A stretch of 48,008 nucleotides of DNA. It comes from a virus (lineage: Duplodnaviria > Heunggongvirae > Uroviricota > Caudoviricetes). A program made the translations under genes and the position numbers. Below the pieces are notes generated by a model. It had not been told where the DNA came from, did no database searches, and saw nothing but the letters and a program-made list of their open reading frames with translations. The stretch is from the IMG/VR virus record IMGVR_UViG_2850778813_000004; one strand, given 5' to 3'. Below, piece after piece: positions 40,358 to 48,008 of this stretch. Within the stretch, counting starts at the first letter, position 1. Each line of letters opens with the position of its first letter.

Positions 40358-41863
40358 TCATGGCATGGCCATGAGCATTTTCACGTCCGCATCACCGTCT
40401 GCTGACGTCTGTGACACGCCACCCCGCACCGCTGCCGGTGAATGATTCGCCATGAAATGTTCAAACAGGGCGGTTGTGGATGCAGAGACCGGTTCGGCCT
40501 TACCTGATCCCGCAGCCAGCACAGCCCGGGCGTTCTCCACGGTCATTCCCGGGCAGGCCGCCAGTTTTTCAGCCTGCGCTTCTGCCCCTTTTGCCTCATC
40601 CAGGGCCATGATCTGATCACGAAGTGAGGGCCCGGCATCCGCCAGTGGTGCAGCCGCCAGGATCGGGCGGGCTTTTTCCACCGTCATCTCCGGCATCGCC
40701 GCCAGCGTTGCCGCCAGTTGTTCACGACCGTTCGCTTCTTCACACGCCATAATGCGATCGGCTTCACTCTGCGCGGATGCCACCGGCTGCTGCGGTGCCG
40801 CCGCGGCCAGAATCGCCCGGGCCTGTTCAACGCTCATGCCCTGTTGCCCTGCCAGCATCGTGGCAAGCTGTTCACGTCCTTTCGCTTCCTGGCATGTCAG
40901 GATCCCCATCACTCGCTGGTTCTCCTGCACGGCGGCTTCCGTTGCAGTTAATTGCGGCATAGTGCCTCCTCTGACATTACTGTTCAGCGCCGTGGCCATC
41001 ACACTGATGGCATCCGACGCATTGATTAATTCATCCGCCAGCCCGGCCTCAATGCCGGACTGACCTTCAAAAACAGCGGCCTCTGTTCCCGTGACTGCAT
41101 CAACAGACAGACCGGTAAACATCGCCACTTTTTCGGCAAACATCCGGCGCGCCGCATCAATCCGCTGCTGCATGTCCTGGCGAACCTCTGCCGGCAACGC
41201 TTCAAACTGATTGCCATCCACCTTGTGCGCCCCTGAGTAAATCAGCGTGATATCCACACCGGCCTGCGCCAGATGACCGGCATAGCTGACATGGCTCATC
41301 ATCACGCCAATGGAACCGATACGGGATGTCTGGGTAACCAGCCGTCGGGAGCAGGCCGACGCCAGCAGCATGGCCGCAGAACAGGCCGTGTCATTACACA
41401 GTGCCCAGACCGGCTTCTGCTGCCGGAGGCGGTAAATCATGTCAGCGCAGTCAAACACGCCGGCGGCCTGCCCGCCCGGACTGTCAATGTCCAGCAGTAT
41501 GCCCCGCACCTGGCTATCTGCCATTGCCTGCTGAAGACAGGTGACAATGCCGTCATAGCCAGTCATTCCGGAAAATGGCCGCATCCCCCCCAGCCGGTGC
41601 ACCAGCGTGCCGGTCACCGGCAGTACCGCAATACCGTTCACCACCCGGTAAACACGGGCCGGTCGTTTACCTCCGGCCATGTACTCGTCCGTTTCAGCCA
41701 GCATCCCGGGAGCATCAAGCTGTACCTGCTGTTGCGGTACCGAAAGACTTGCTGTCCCCATCTCGCGCCCCAGCGCGCAAAAGAAAACCCGCGCATAGGC
41801 GGGCTCCAGAAGCAGCGGTTCATTGAATGCTGCTGCAATAATGTGTGAAAGATTACGTCTCAC
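40358..41863 (-). CDS. C: Capsid maturation protease / scaffold (lambda C-Nu3 homologue, S49 peptidase)
   Basis: 501-aa ORF (GTG start at 41863, overlapping the portal stop); SppA/ClpP-like domain followed by three tandem ~45-aa repeats at residues ~318-456. Confidence 0.85.
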   Translation of the reverse strand: MRRNLSHIIAAAFNEPLLLEPAYARVFFCALGREMGTASLSVPQQQVQLDAPGMLAETDEYMAGGKRPARVYRVVNGIAVLPVTGTLVHRLGGMRPFSGMTGYDGIVTCLQQAMADSQVRGILLDIDSPGGQAAGVFDCADMIYRLRQQKPVWALCNDTACSAAMLLASACSRRLVTQTSRIGSIGVMMSHVSYAGHLAQAGVDITLIYSGAHKVDGNQFEALPAEVRQDMQQRIDAARRMFAEKVAMFTGLSVDAVTGTEAAVFEGQSGIEAGLADELINASDAISVMATALNSNVRGGTMPQLTATEAAVQENQRVMGILTCQEAKGREQLATMLAGQQGMSVEQARAILAAAAPQQPVASAQSEADRIMACEEANGREQLAATLAAMPEMTVEKARPILAAAPLADAGPSLRDQIMALDEAKGAEAQAEKLAACPGMTVENARAVLAAGSGKAEPVSASTTALFEHFMANHSPAAVRGGVSQTSADGDADVKMLMAMP

Positions 41864-42638
41864 GTGGTGTTGTCTCCTCTTCCGGCCTGCGACTCTCCGC
41901 TATCTGCTGCTGATACGCCTGCGCTATCCACACCGGACGTGAGAGTCCGGCTTTTTCCCGCTCTGCAGATTCCCTGACCTGTTGGCAGAAAATGTCCTGA
42001 TAATCCTCGCCCATCAGCGCCAGCTCTTTCTCATACGTGCTCAGTCCGGCCTCAATGCGCATCACTGATTCCTGAACCTCCTTGAGCCCGTCAATGGCCA
42101 TTCTTCCGGCTCCAATCCACTCAGCCCGTGACCAGGCTGATCGCGCCTGATAAAAATCAAACCGTGCCCGTGGCGGACGAATAATCCCCCGAAGAAGTGC
42201 CTCTTCCAGCCAGCAGGAAAACATCTGCGTGGCCAGCCGGGACGCAATAAATTTTCGCCGCCCCATAAAATAGCGCCACGACTCATTGGCGGATGCGCGG
42301 GCACTTGAGTAACTGACCTTCGAGTAATCACGGGACAACTGTTCGTAGGAAACGCCAAGACCGGCGGCGATATACCGCAGCAGCGCCTGTTCAAGCGCCG
42401 AAAATCCATTGTCTGAATCCTGCGCGGTCTGAAGTTTCAGATCATCACCGGGGAAAAGGTGCGGAATTTTGACACCGCCCAGCATCACGCTATTCGTGTC
42501 ATACCAGGTGGAGAACTTATCCAGAATATTAATAAGCGGATTATCCTTCTGCCCCTGCGGCGCACCGGCGATATATTCAAAGGCCTTTTCGGTATCAAGG
42601 TCACTTTCAATCGTCGCTGCATACATCGCCTTTATGAA
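41853..42638 (-). pseudogene. B: Portal protein B, 3' fragment only (roughly the last 260 codons)
   Basis: Homology to lambda B starts at ...FIKAMYAATIESDLD (lambda ...VKAMYAATIESELD, about residue 290) and runs to the stop; upstream sequence is unrelated. Confidence 0.85.
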
Positions 42639-42761
42639 AAGACAGGAAAAAATAAAATTTAAAAACAGTACATTACGAATGCTCAGACCTATCGTTTAAA
42701 GGAGTCGCAATACACACTGCAATACACGATTATTTATAAGATGAGCGGCATCCGTCATAAA

Positions 42762-42987
42762 GCTGGTGGATGCTTTTTCTATGCATATATGCACAGTTTT
42801 AGTGGGCGTTAATGTCGATATAGGGATCCCCATATCGAGATTGGATACCAGGCTTTTTTAATCAGGCTGGTGGGCTTTACCTGTTTTGTATGAGTGGTCA
42901 TCATGACCATGTCATAACAAAAACCCCATATTCGTGGTTTTTCTGTGTCGGGCTATTCTGTCGTTGCTGTGCTGATTTGGCTGGTGG
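42762..42987 (+). other. Cluster of three co-oriented Chi sites (5'-GCTGGTGG-3') at 42762-42769, 42866-42873, 42980-42987
   Basis: Exact octamers on the plus strand about 104 and 114 bp apart, inside an ORF-poor stretch; three palindromes lie in between. Confidence 0.9.
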
Positions 42988-43052
42988 GCTGAATCATCAT
43001 TACGGCGATGCAGCTATGTAGACGTTCCGGCCTCCTCAAATTGAGGATTGTG

Positions 43053-43205
43053 GAAGAATCAATGGGTTAGTCTTACTTTCCCGACATCCCCAATGGGGGG
43101 TTTCGAAACAATCAATAGCTTAGGCTTACTTCCCCGATTTCCTGCATTGCAGGTTTTCGAAATAATCAATGGGTTAGGCCATCGTGCAATTTTGCACTTT
43201 GCCAG
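43053..43205. repeat. About 2.8 tandem copies of a 53-bp imperfect repeat, each with a short hairpin
   Basis: Units start gaagaatcaatgggttag (43053), gaaacaatcaatagcttagg (43105), gaaataatcaatgggttagg (43159); embedded palindromes ccccaatgggg, cctgcattgcagg, gtgcaattttgcac. Confidence 0.85.
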
Positions 43206-43427
43206 CCAGCGCAATGTCGCGTTATCAGTCCTCAGATGTGAGGGATGTAGCCAGCTTTTCCCCCAGTGGGGGATATCCAGCACCGACGGCTTAACTGTGC
43301 GTGCCAGCACAAGGTAGCCTTGAACTACTTACTGCATCCCATCTTACAGGCCGTGCCTTCCTGCTTAACTTTTTGCAATGCAACAAGTCAGCCAGCGCAA
43401 TTTTGCGTTATCGGGAATATCAGCAAG

Positions 43428-43709
43428 TTACCGCCGCAATCGTTCCGGCTTCTTCCACTGGTAAGTATTTTTCGCGCTCTCCCTCCGTTGTTGAGAACGG
43501 CGACGATATGCCAGCAACTCAAGGACTCTTGTTCGTATGTTGCGCATATCCACGCCGTTAAGCTCAATACCGTCACGGCGCATCACCTCAGCCACTACAC
43601 GCACATAATTATCTGCGGTCACGCTGTCCGGCTGCGTGGCCTGTTCGTCATGCTGCTTGCTGATTCCACAAGCACGGCGGATTAATCGCAGTATTTCGGA
43701 TTCAGTCAT
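43428..43709 (-). CDS. Hypothetical 93-aa protein with Arg/Lys-rich C-terminus (may be non-coding)
   Basis: ATG at 43709 but no clear Shine-Dalgarno; MTESEILRLIRRACGISKQHDEQ...RRRSQQRRESAKNTYQWKKPERLRR; no family recognised. Confidence 0.3.
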   Translation of the reverse strand: MTESEILRLIRRACGISKQHDEQATQPDSVTADNYVRVVAEVMRRDGIELNGVDMRNIRTRVLELLAYRRRSQQRRESAKNTYQWKKPERLRR

Positions 43710-43833
43710 AGCGTACTACGTTACTTATCTTTATTCGGCTGCAACTTATCCGGTACGTTTCCGGCAGTTTCCATCAGATAATCGGACAGCTGAGGTGTAC
43801 TGGCAATAGCGGACACTACCATTTGTTCTTTTT

Positions 43834-44652
43834 TTAAGCAGCCATCTGATGATATTTTTCCCTGAAGGCTGCCGGGGAGATATTCCCCAGACGAGAGTGA
43901 CGACGCTGACGATTGTAGAAAATCTCAATGTATTCCCGTATTACTGAGATGGCTTCATCCCGGTTATTAAAACGATAGTGGCTCAGGCTCTCATTTTTCA
44001 GCGTTCCCCAGAAGCTTTCCATCGGAGCGTTGTCGTAACAGTGACCTTTACGCGACATTGATGTTTTCAGACCAGACTGCTCCTGTATGACCCGGTAATC
44101 GTATGCGCAGTACTGTGAACCTCGATCAGAGTGGTGGATTAGCCCGGCAGGTGGGCGCTGGCTCCTGAGCGCCATAAACAGGGCTTTACCTGTCAGCTCT
44201 TTTGTCATGCGCTCTCCCATGGCGTAGCCGACAATTTCGCACGTATAAACATCTTTGATGCCAGCGAGGTACAACCATCCCTCCTGTGTGGCAACATACG
44301 TCAGGTCCGCCACCCAGACCTGATTTGGTGCTGTAGGAGCGAACGTCTGGTTCAGCAGATTTGGCGCAACTGGCAGATTGTGGTTCGGGTTCGTAGTCGC
44401 TCTGAACTTGCGTTTCTGCTTACAGCGTAGCCTTAGCTCCTTACGAAGACGTGCCAGTCGGTCACGACCAACGATGATGCCATTCTCTGCCAGCTCCGTC
44501 TGGAGCCGCCGGGTTCCATATGTTTCGCGAGTGCGGATATGTGCCACCTTAATCTCCAGTTTTAGCCGCTCATCACTTTGTTTTCTGTCTGAGGGTTCAT
44601 GCTGTACCCAGTTGTAATAACCGCTCCTGGATACACCAAATACCTGACACAT
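43834..44652 (-). CDS. IS600-like orfB (DDE transposase)
   Basis: 272-aa ORF with the IS3-family DDE region (...LIHHSDRGSQYCA...CYDNAPMESFWGTLKNE...). Confidence 0.85.
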   Translation of the reverse strand: MCQVFGVSRSGYYNWVQHEPSDRKQSDERLKLEIKVAHIRTRETYGTRRLQTELAENGIIVGRDRLARLRKELRLRCKQKRKFRATTNPNHNLPVAPNLLNQTFAPTAPNQVWVADLTYVATQEGWLYLAGIKDVYTCEIVGYAMGERMTKELTGKALFMALRSQRPPAGLIHHSDRGSQYCAYDYRVIQEQSGLKTSMSRKGHCYDNAPMESFWGTLKNESLSHYRFNNRDEAISVIREYIEIFYNRQRRHSRLGNISPAAFREKYHQMAA

Positions 44653-44687
44653 CGCTTCAATGGGAAATTGTTGTCGCCATTGTTCGA

Positions 44688-44990
44688 TTAACGCGTATTT
44701 TTCAGCGACTCCTGTGCAAAATACGCTGTTGCTTTTTTTAATATATCTCGCTCAAGGCGAGCTTCATTTAACGCCTTACGCAGTTGCAGAATTTCAGATT
44801 CCAGTTCAGCCACCGTGCGGGAACCAGGAGTACCGAGCCCTTTTCTGGCGGCGGTAACCCATTGTCCTAAAGTGCCTTCAGGAAGGGATAATCGGGAAGC
44901 GCCTTCACTGATCGAAAGTTGATTTTCAAGAACCGTTCTGACAGCTTCGGCTTTGAACTCTTTAGAGTAACGTTGGTTTTTTCTGCTCAT
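44688..44990 (-). CDS. IS600-like orfA
   Basis: 100-aa ORF identical to 14724-15026. Confidence 0.85.
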   Translation of the reverse strand: MSRKNQRYSKEFKAEAVRTVLENQLSISEGASRLSLPEGTLGQWVTAARKGLGTPGSRTVAELESEILQLRKALNEARLERDILKKATAYFAQESLKNTR

Positions 44991-45145
44991 TATTAGCTCC
45001 TTCTGATGCCATTCTATTTCAGGAAGGAGTGTCCGTTAAACTCAGGCTACCTCAATCAGCGCCAGTCAGTCAGCCGGAGCAAAAACAGAAGCCCCACTCA
45101 TTCCGGAACAACCTTCTTAATAACCCATTTCAACGAGAAAATCCT

Positions 45146-45415
45146 ATGTCAGAAATAAAATCGCTGGTCACTGCTGAGGCAGTGAAGGAAGTCCTGCGCT
45201 CTGAAGAAGTCCGGAGCGCACTGAAACAGCAACTTCGGCAGAACCTTGAGGCGCGTCTTGATGCAGAAGTGGATTCAATTCTGGATGAACTGCTGGGCGC
45301 ACCGACTGTTCCGGAGCCGGAAGGCATTGCGGATGACAGTGCTGTTTCAGATGGCGTCGGGTCTCAGCCTGACGGTAGTGAAGGGCCTCAGCCTGACGGC
45401 GAAATGATGATGTAA
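45146..45415 (+). CDS. Hypothetical 89-aa acidic protein
   Basis: ATG at 45146; helical N-terminus (MSEIKSLVTAEAVKEVLRSEEVRSALKQQLRQNLEARLDAEVDSILDELLG) and acidic Pro/Gly/Asp tail; sits between IS600 copy B and IS66 copy 2; no family recognised. Confidence 0.4.
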   Translation: MSEIKSLVTAEAVKEVLRSEEVRSALKQQLRQNLEARLDAEVDSILDELLGAPTVPEPEGIADDSAVSDGVGSQPDGSEGPQPDGEMMM

Positions 45416-45618
45416 CCATGCGCAGGGGGTGTCGGTGTGAGCTGATGCCCCACTTGTTGTTGTGAGCTTCCGGATTGCGGGAGACGGGGTATGTACCAGA
45501 TGGAAAAAATCACAACAGGTGTGTCATACACCGTAAGCGTAAACTGACCGCCGTATGTAGCCATTAAGCCTGTATTGGTAACGTAGGTGCCCACCTTTTC
45601 AACTAGTGGACACCTGTT

Positions 45619-46038
45619 ATGGAACAGAAAGCATTATCTGCAGAACCCCGCAGATCATTTTCAAATGAGTTTAAACTTCAAATGGTTAAACTGGCTTCAC
45701 AACCAGGAGCCTCTGTTGCCCGTATTGCCCGGGAACACGATATCAATGATAACCTGCTGTTCAAATGGCTCAGGCTCTGGCAGAACGAAGGGCGCATATC
45801 GCGGCGTCTTCCGGTAACAACCTCTTCTGACACTGGCGTTGAATTATTACCTGTGGAGATAACGCCGGATGAGCCGAAAGAACCGGTGGCTGCTCTTACT
45901 CCGTCTTTATCTACTCAGACTACAGTTAGTGCCAGCTCCTGCAAGGTGGAGTTCCGTCACGGTAACATGACGCTGGAAAATCCTTCACCAGAGCTGCTCA
46001 CAGTGTTGATCCGTGAACTGACCGGGAGGGGACGATGA
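45619..46038 (+). CDS. IS66-family accessory protein TnpA (orfA)
   Basis: Identical to 1-420. Confidence 0.85.
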   Translation: MEQKALSAEPRRSFSNEFKLQMVKLASQPGASVARIAREHDINDNLLFKWLRLWQNEGRISRRLPVTTSSDTGVELLPVEITPDEPKEPVAALTPSLSTQTTVSASSCKVEFRHGNMTLENPSPELLTVLIRELTGRGR

Positions 46039-46385
46039 TCTCACACCCGTCAGGCACCCGCATCTGGCTCGTTGCTGGGATAACCGATATGCGTAAGTCT
46101 TTCAACGGGCTGGGTGAACAGGTACAGCATGTGCTGAATGATAATCCCTTCTCCGGTCACCTGTTCATCTTCCGTGGCCGACGGGGTGACATGATTAAAA
46201 TCCTGTGGGCTGATGCTGATGGTCTGTGCCTGTTCACCAGACGCCTGGAGGAAGGCCAGTTTATCTGGCCTGCTGTGCGTGACGGCAAGGTATCCATTAC
46301 CCGCTCGCAACTGGCAATGCTCCTCGATAAGCTGGACTGGCGTCAGCCAAAAACATCCCGCCTTAACGCACTGACAATGTTGTAA
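46035..46385 (+). CDS. IS66-family TnpB (orfB)
   Basis: Identical to 417-767. Confidence 0.85.
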   Translation: MISHPSGTRIWLVAGITDMRKSFNGLGEQVQHVLNDNPFSGHLFIFRGRRGDMIKILWADADGLCLFTRRLEEGQFIWPAVRDGKVSITRSQLAMLLDKLDWRQPKTSRLNALTML

Positions 46386-46415
46386 AAATGTCATGGCCGG
46401 ATTATAAAAACGGCC

Positions 46416-48008
46416 ATGAATCAAAAATACCTCATTCGCATTGCAGAACTGGAATGCCAGCTCCGTCAGAAAGACCAGCAACTGAGTCTGGTTGAAGAGA
46501 CGGAGGCCTTCCTGCGCTCTGCACTGGCCCGCGCCGAAGAAAAGATCGAAGAAGATGAACGGGAAATAGAACATCTGCGGGCTCAGATAGAAAAACTGCG
46601 CCGGATGCTGTTCGGTACCCGTTCTGAAAAACTGCGTCGTGAAGTTGAACAGGCTGAGGCCCTGCTGAAACAACGCGAACAGGACAGTGATCGTTACAGT
46701 GGGCGGGAAGACGATCCGCAGGTTCCCCGCCAGTTGCGACAGTCTCGTCATCGTCGCCCGTTACCGGAGCATCTGCCCCGCGAAATAAATCGCCTGGAGC
46801 CAGAAGAAAGCTGTTGCCCGGAGTGTGGCGGTGAGCTGGATTATCTGGGGGAAGTCAGCGCAGAACAACTGGAACTGGTGAGCAGCGCTCTGAAAGTGAT
46901 CCGCACAGAACGGGTAAAAAAAGCCTGTACAAAATGTGACTGCATCGTTGAAGCACCGGCACCATCCCGTCCGATAGAGCGTGGTATCGCGGGCCCGGGG
47001 TTACTTGCCCGCATGTTAACGGGAAAATACTGCGAACACCTGCCACTGTATCGTCAGAGTGAAATTTTTGCCCGTCAGGGTGTCGAACTGAGCCGTGCAT
47101 TACTCTCCAACTGGGTTGACGCGTGCTGCCAGTTAATGACGCCGCTGAATGATGCTCTGTACCGTTATGTGATGAACAGCCGCAAAGTTCACACTGATGA
47201 CACACCAGTAAAAGTGCTGGCACCGGGCAGGAAGAAGGCGAAAACAGGATATATCTGGACGTATGTCCGGGATGACAGGAATGCCGGTTCGCCAGAGCCT
47301 CCGGCGGTCTGGTTCGCCTACTCACCGGACCATCAGGGTAAACATCCGGAGCAGCACCTTAGTCCCTTCCGGGGTATCCTGCAGGCAGATGCGTTTAATG
47401 GTTACGATCGGCTGTTCAGTGCCGAACGAGAAGGCGGCGCGTTGACGGAAGCAGGATGCTGGGCTCATGCGCGGCGCAAAGTCCACGATGTATATATCAG
47501 TACCAAAAGCGCGACAGCGGAAGAAGCCCTGAAACTAATCGGTGAGCTGTATGCCATCGAGCACGAAATACGCGGGTTGCCGGTGTCTGAACGCCTGGCG
47601 GTCAGGCAAATGCAGAGTAAACCGCTACTGACTTCCCTGTATAAGCTGATGCAGGAGAAAGAACACACGTTATCGAAAAAATGCCGTCTGAGAGATGCGT
47701 TCCGGTATATCAGGAAGCACTGGGTTGCGTTGTGCAACTTCAGTGATGATGGTCTGGCTGAGGCGGATAATAATGCCGCGGAAAGAGCGCTTCGTGCAGT
47801 CTGTCTCGGAAAGAAAAACTTTATGTTCTTCGGCAGCGATCACGGTGGAGAGCGTGGTGCGCTACTGTACGGGCTGATCGGCACCTGCCGACTGAACGGT
47901 ATCGATCCGGAAGCGTATCTGCGCTATATCCTGAGCGTACTGCCGGAATGGCCTTCCAACCGTGTTGACGAACTCCTGCCATGGAACGTAGCACTCACCA
48001 ATAAATAA
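46416..48008 (+). CDS. IS66-family transposase TnpC
   Basis: 530 aa, identical in protein sequence to 798-2390 (one synonymous difference at 47552). Confidence 0.9.
   Translation: MNQKYLIRIAELECQLRQKDQQLSLVEETEAFLRSALARAEEKIEEDEREIEHLRAQIEKLRRMLFGTRSEKLRREVEQAEALLKQREQDSDRYSGREDDPQVPRQLRQSRHRRPLPEHLPREINRLEPEESCCPECGGELDYLGEVSAEQLELVSSALKVIRTERVKKACTKCDCIVEAPAPSRPIERGIAGPGLLARMLTGKYCEHLPLYRQSEIFARQGVELSRALLSNWVDACCQLMTPLNDALYRYVMNSRKVHTDDTPVKVLAPGRKKAKTGYIWTYVRDDRNAGSPEPPAVWFAYSPDHQGKHPEQHLSPFRGILQADAFNGYDRLFSAEREGGALTEAGCWAHARRKVHDVYISTKSATAEEALKLIGELYAIEHEIRGLPVSERLAVRQMQSKPLLTSLYKLMQEKEHTLSKKCRLRDAFRYIRKHWVALCNFSDDGLAEADNNAAERALRAVCLGKKNFMFFGSDHGGERGALLYGLIGTCRLNGIDPEAYLRYILSVLPEWPSNRVDELLPWNVALTNK

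Larger units (their letters stand above)
43791..45054 (-). mobile_element. IS600-like (IS3 family) copy B, intact 1264 bp; no target-site duplication
   Basis: Ends TGAGGTGTACTGGCAATAGCGG... / ...AAACTCAGGCTACCTCA; flanking trinucleotides (agc, atc) differ. Confidence 0.9.
45533..48008 (+). mobile_element. IS66-family insertion sequence, copy 2 (right end outside window)
   Basis: Putative left terminus GTAAGCGTAAACTGACC at 45533, 86 bp before orfA; orfA-orfB-tnpC identical in length to copy 1; window ends at the tnpC stop. Confidence 0.8.

Noticed and set aside
43053-43205. Possible CRISPR array or retron msr/msd in the 53-bp repeat region
   Set aside because: Repeats are contiguous with no unique spacers, only about 2.8 copies, no cas genes and no reverse transcriptase nearby. 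Kept as an unexplained repeat array instead.
43048-43685. Plus-strand ORFs of 86-139 aa across the repeat module (43048-43317, 43266-43685, 43301-43561)
   Set aside because: They span the tandem DNA repeats, so the peptide repeats are a by-product; Cys/His/Leu-rich junk-like composition; no ribosome-binding sites.

Overview
The window is a Shigella/E. coli-type chromosomal segment that is heavily eroded by insertion sequences and runs into a decayed lambdoid prophage. Roughly 29% of the window is IS DNA: two IS66-family copies in direct orientation at the window ends, one IS110-family element with a tandemly duplicated 3' end, four IS1 copies, one IS2 nested inside an IS600-like element, and a second intact IS600-like copy. 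The backbone follows K-12 order (rcnA'-rcnB, yehC'-yehD-yehE, mrp/apbC, metG, molR', yehR'-yehS-btsR-btsS, mlrA') with at least two IS1-associated deletions. At mlrA codon 23 the sequence becomes a prophage remnant that keeps only the head-tail late module on the minus strand (B'-C-D-E-FI-FII-Z-U-V-G-T-H-M-L-K-I-J-lom-stf-tfa) plus right-arm cargo: a dinI-like gene behind a LexA box, a DNA-invertase relic and an AT-rich hexapeptide-repeat acetyltransferase. Terminase, lysis, regulatory and integrase genes are absent, and lom, stf and probably G/T are broken. I found no multi-gene candidate for a new defence or secretion system. The most unusual unexplained signals are a 1.15-kb non-coding module next to the truncated portal gene (three co-oriented Chi sites, four palindromes, a 53-bp tandem repeat array) and a promoter-terminator unit without an ORF inserted between tail genes I and J. 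All protein identities are from reading the supplied translations against remembered family sequences; no database search was run. Lambda comparisons in particular rest on recalled sequences.
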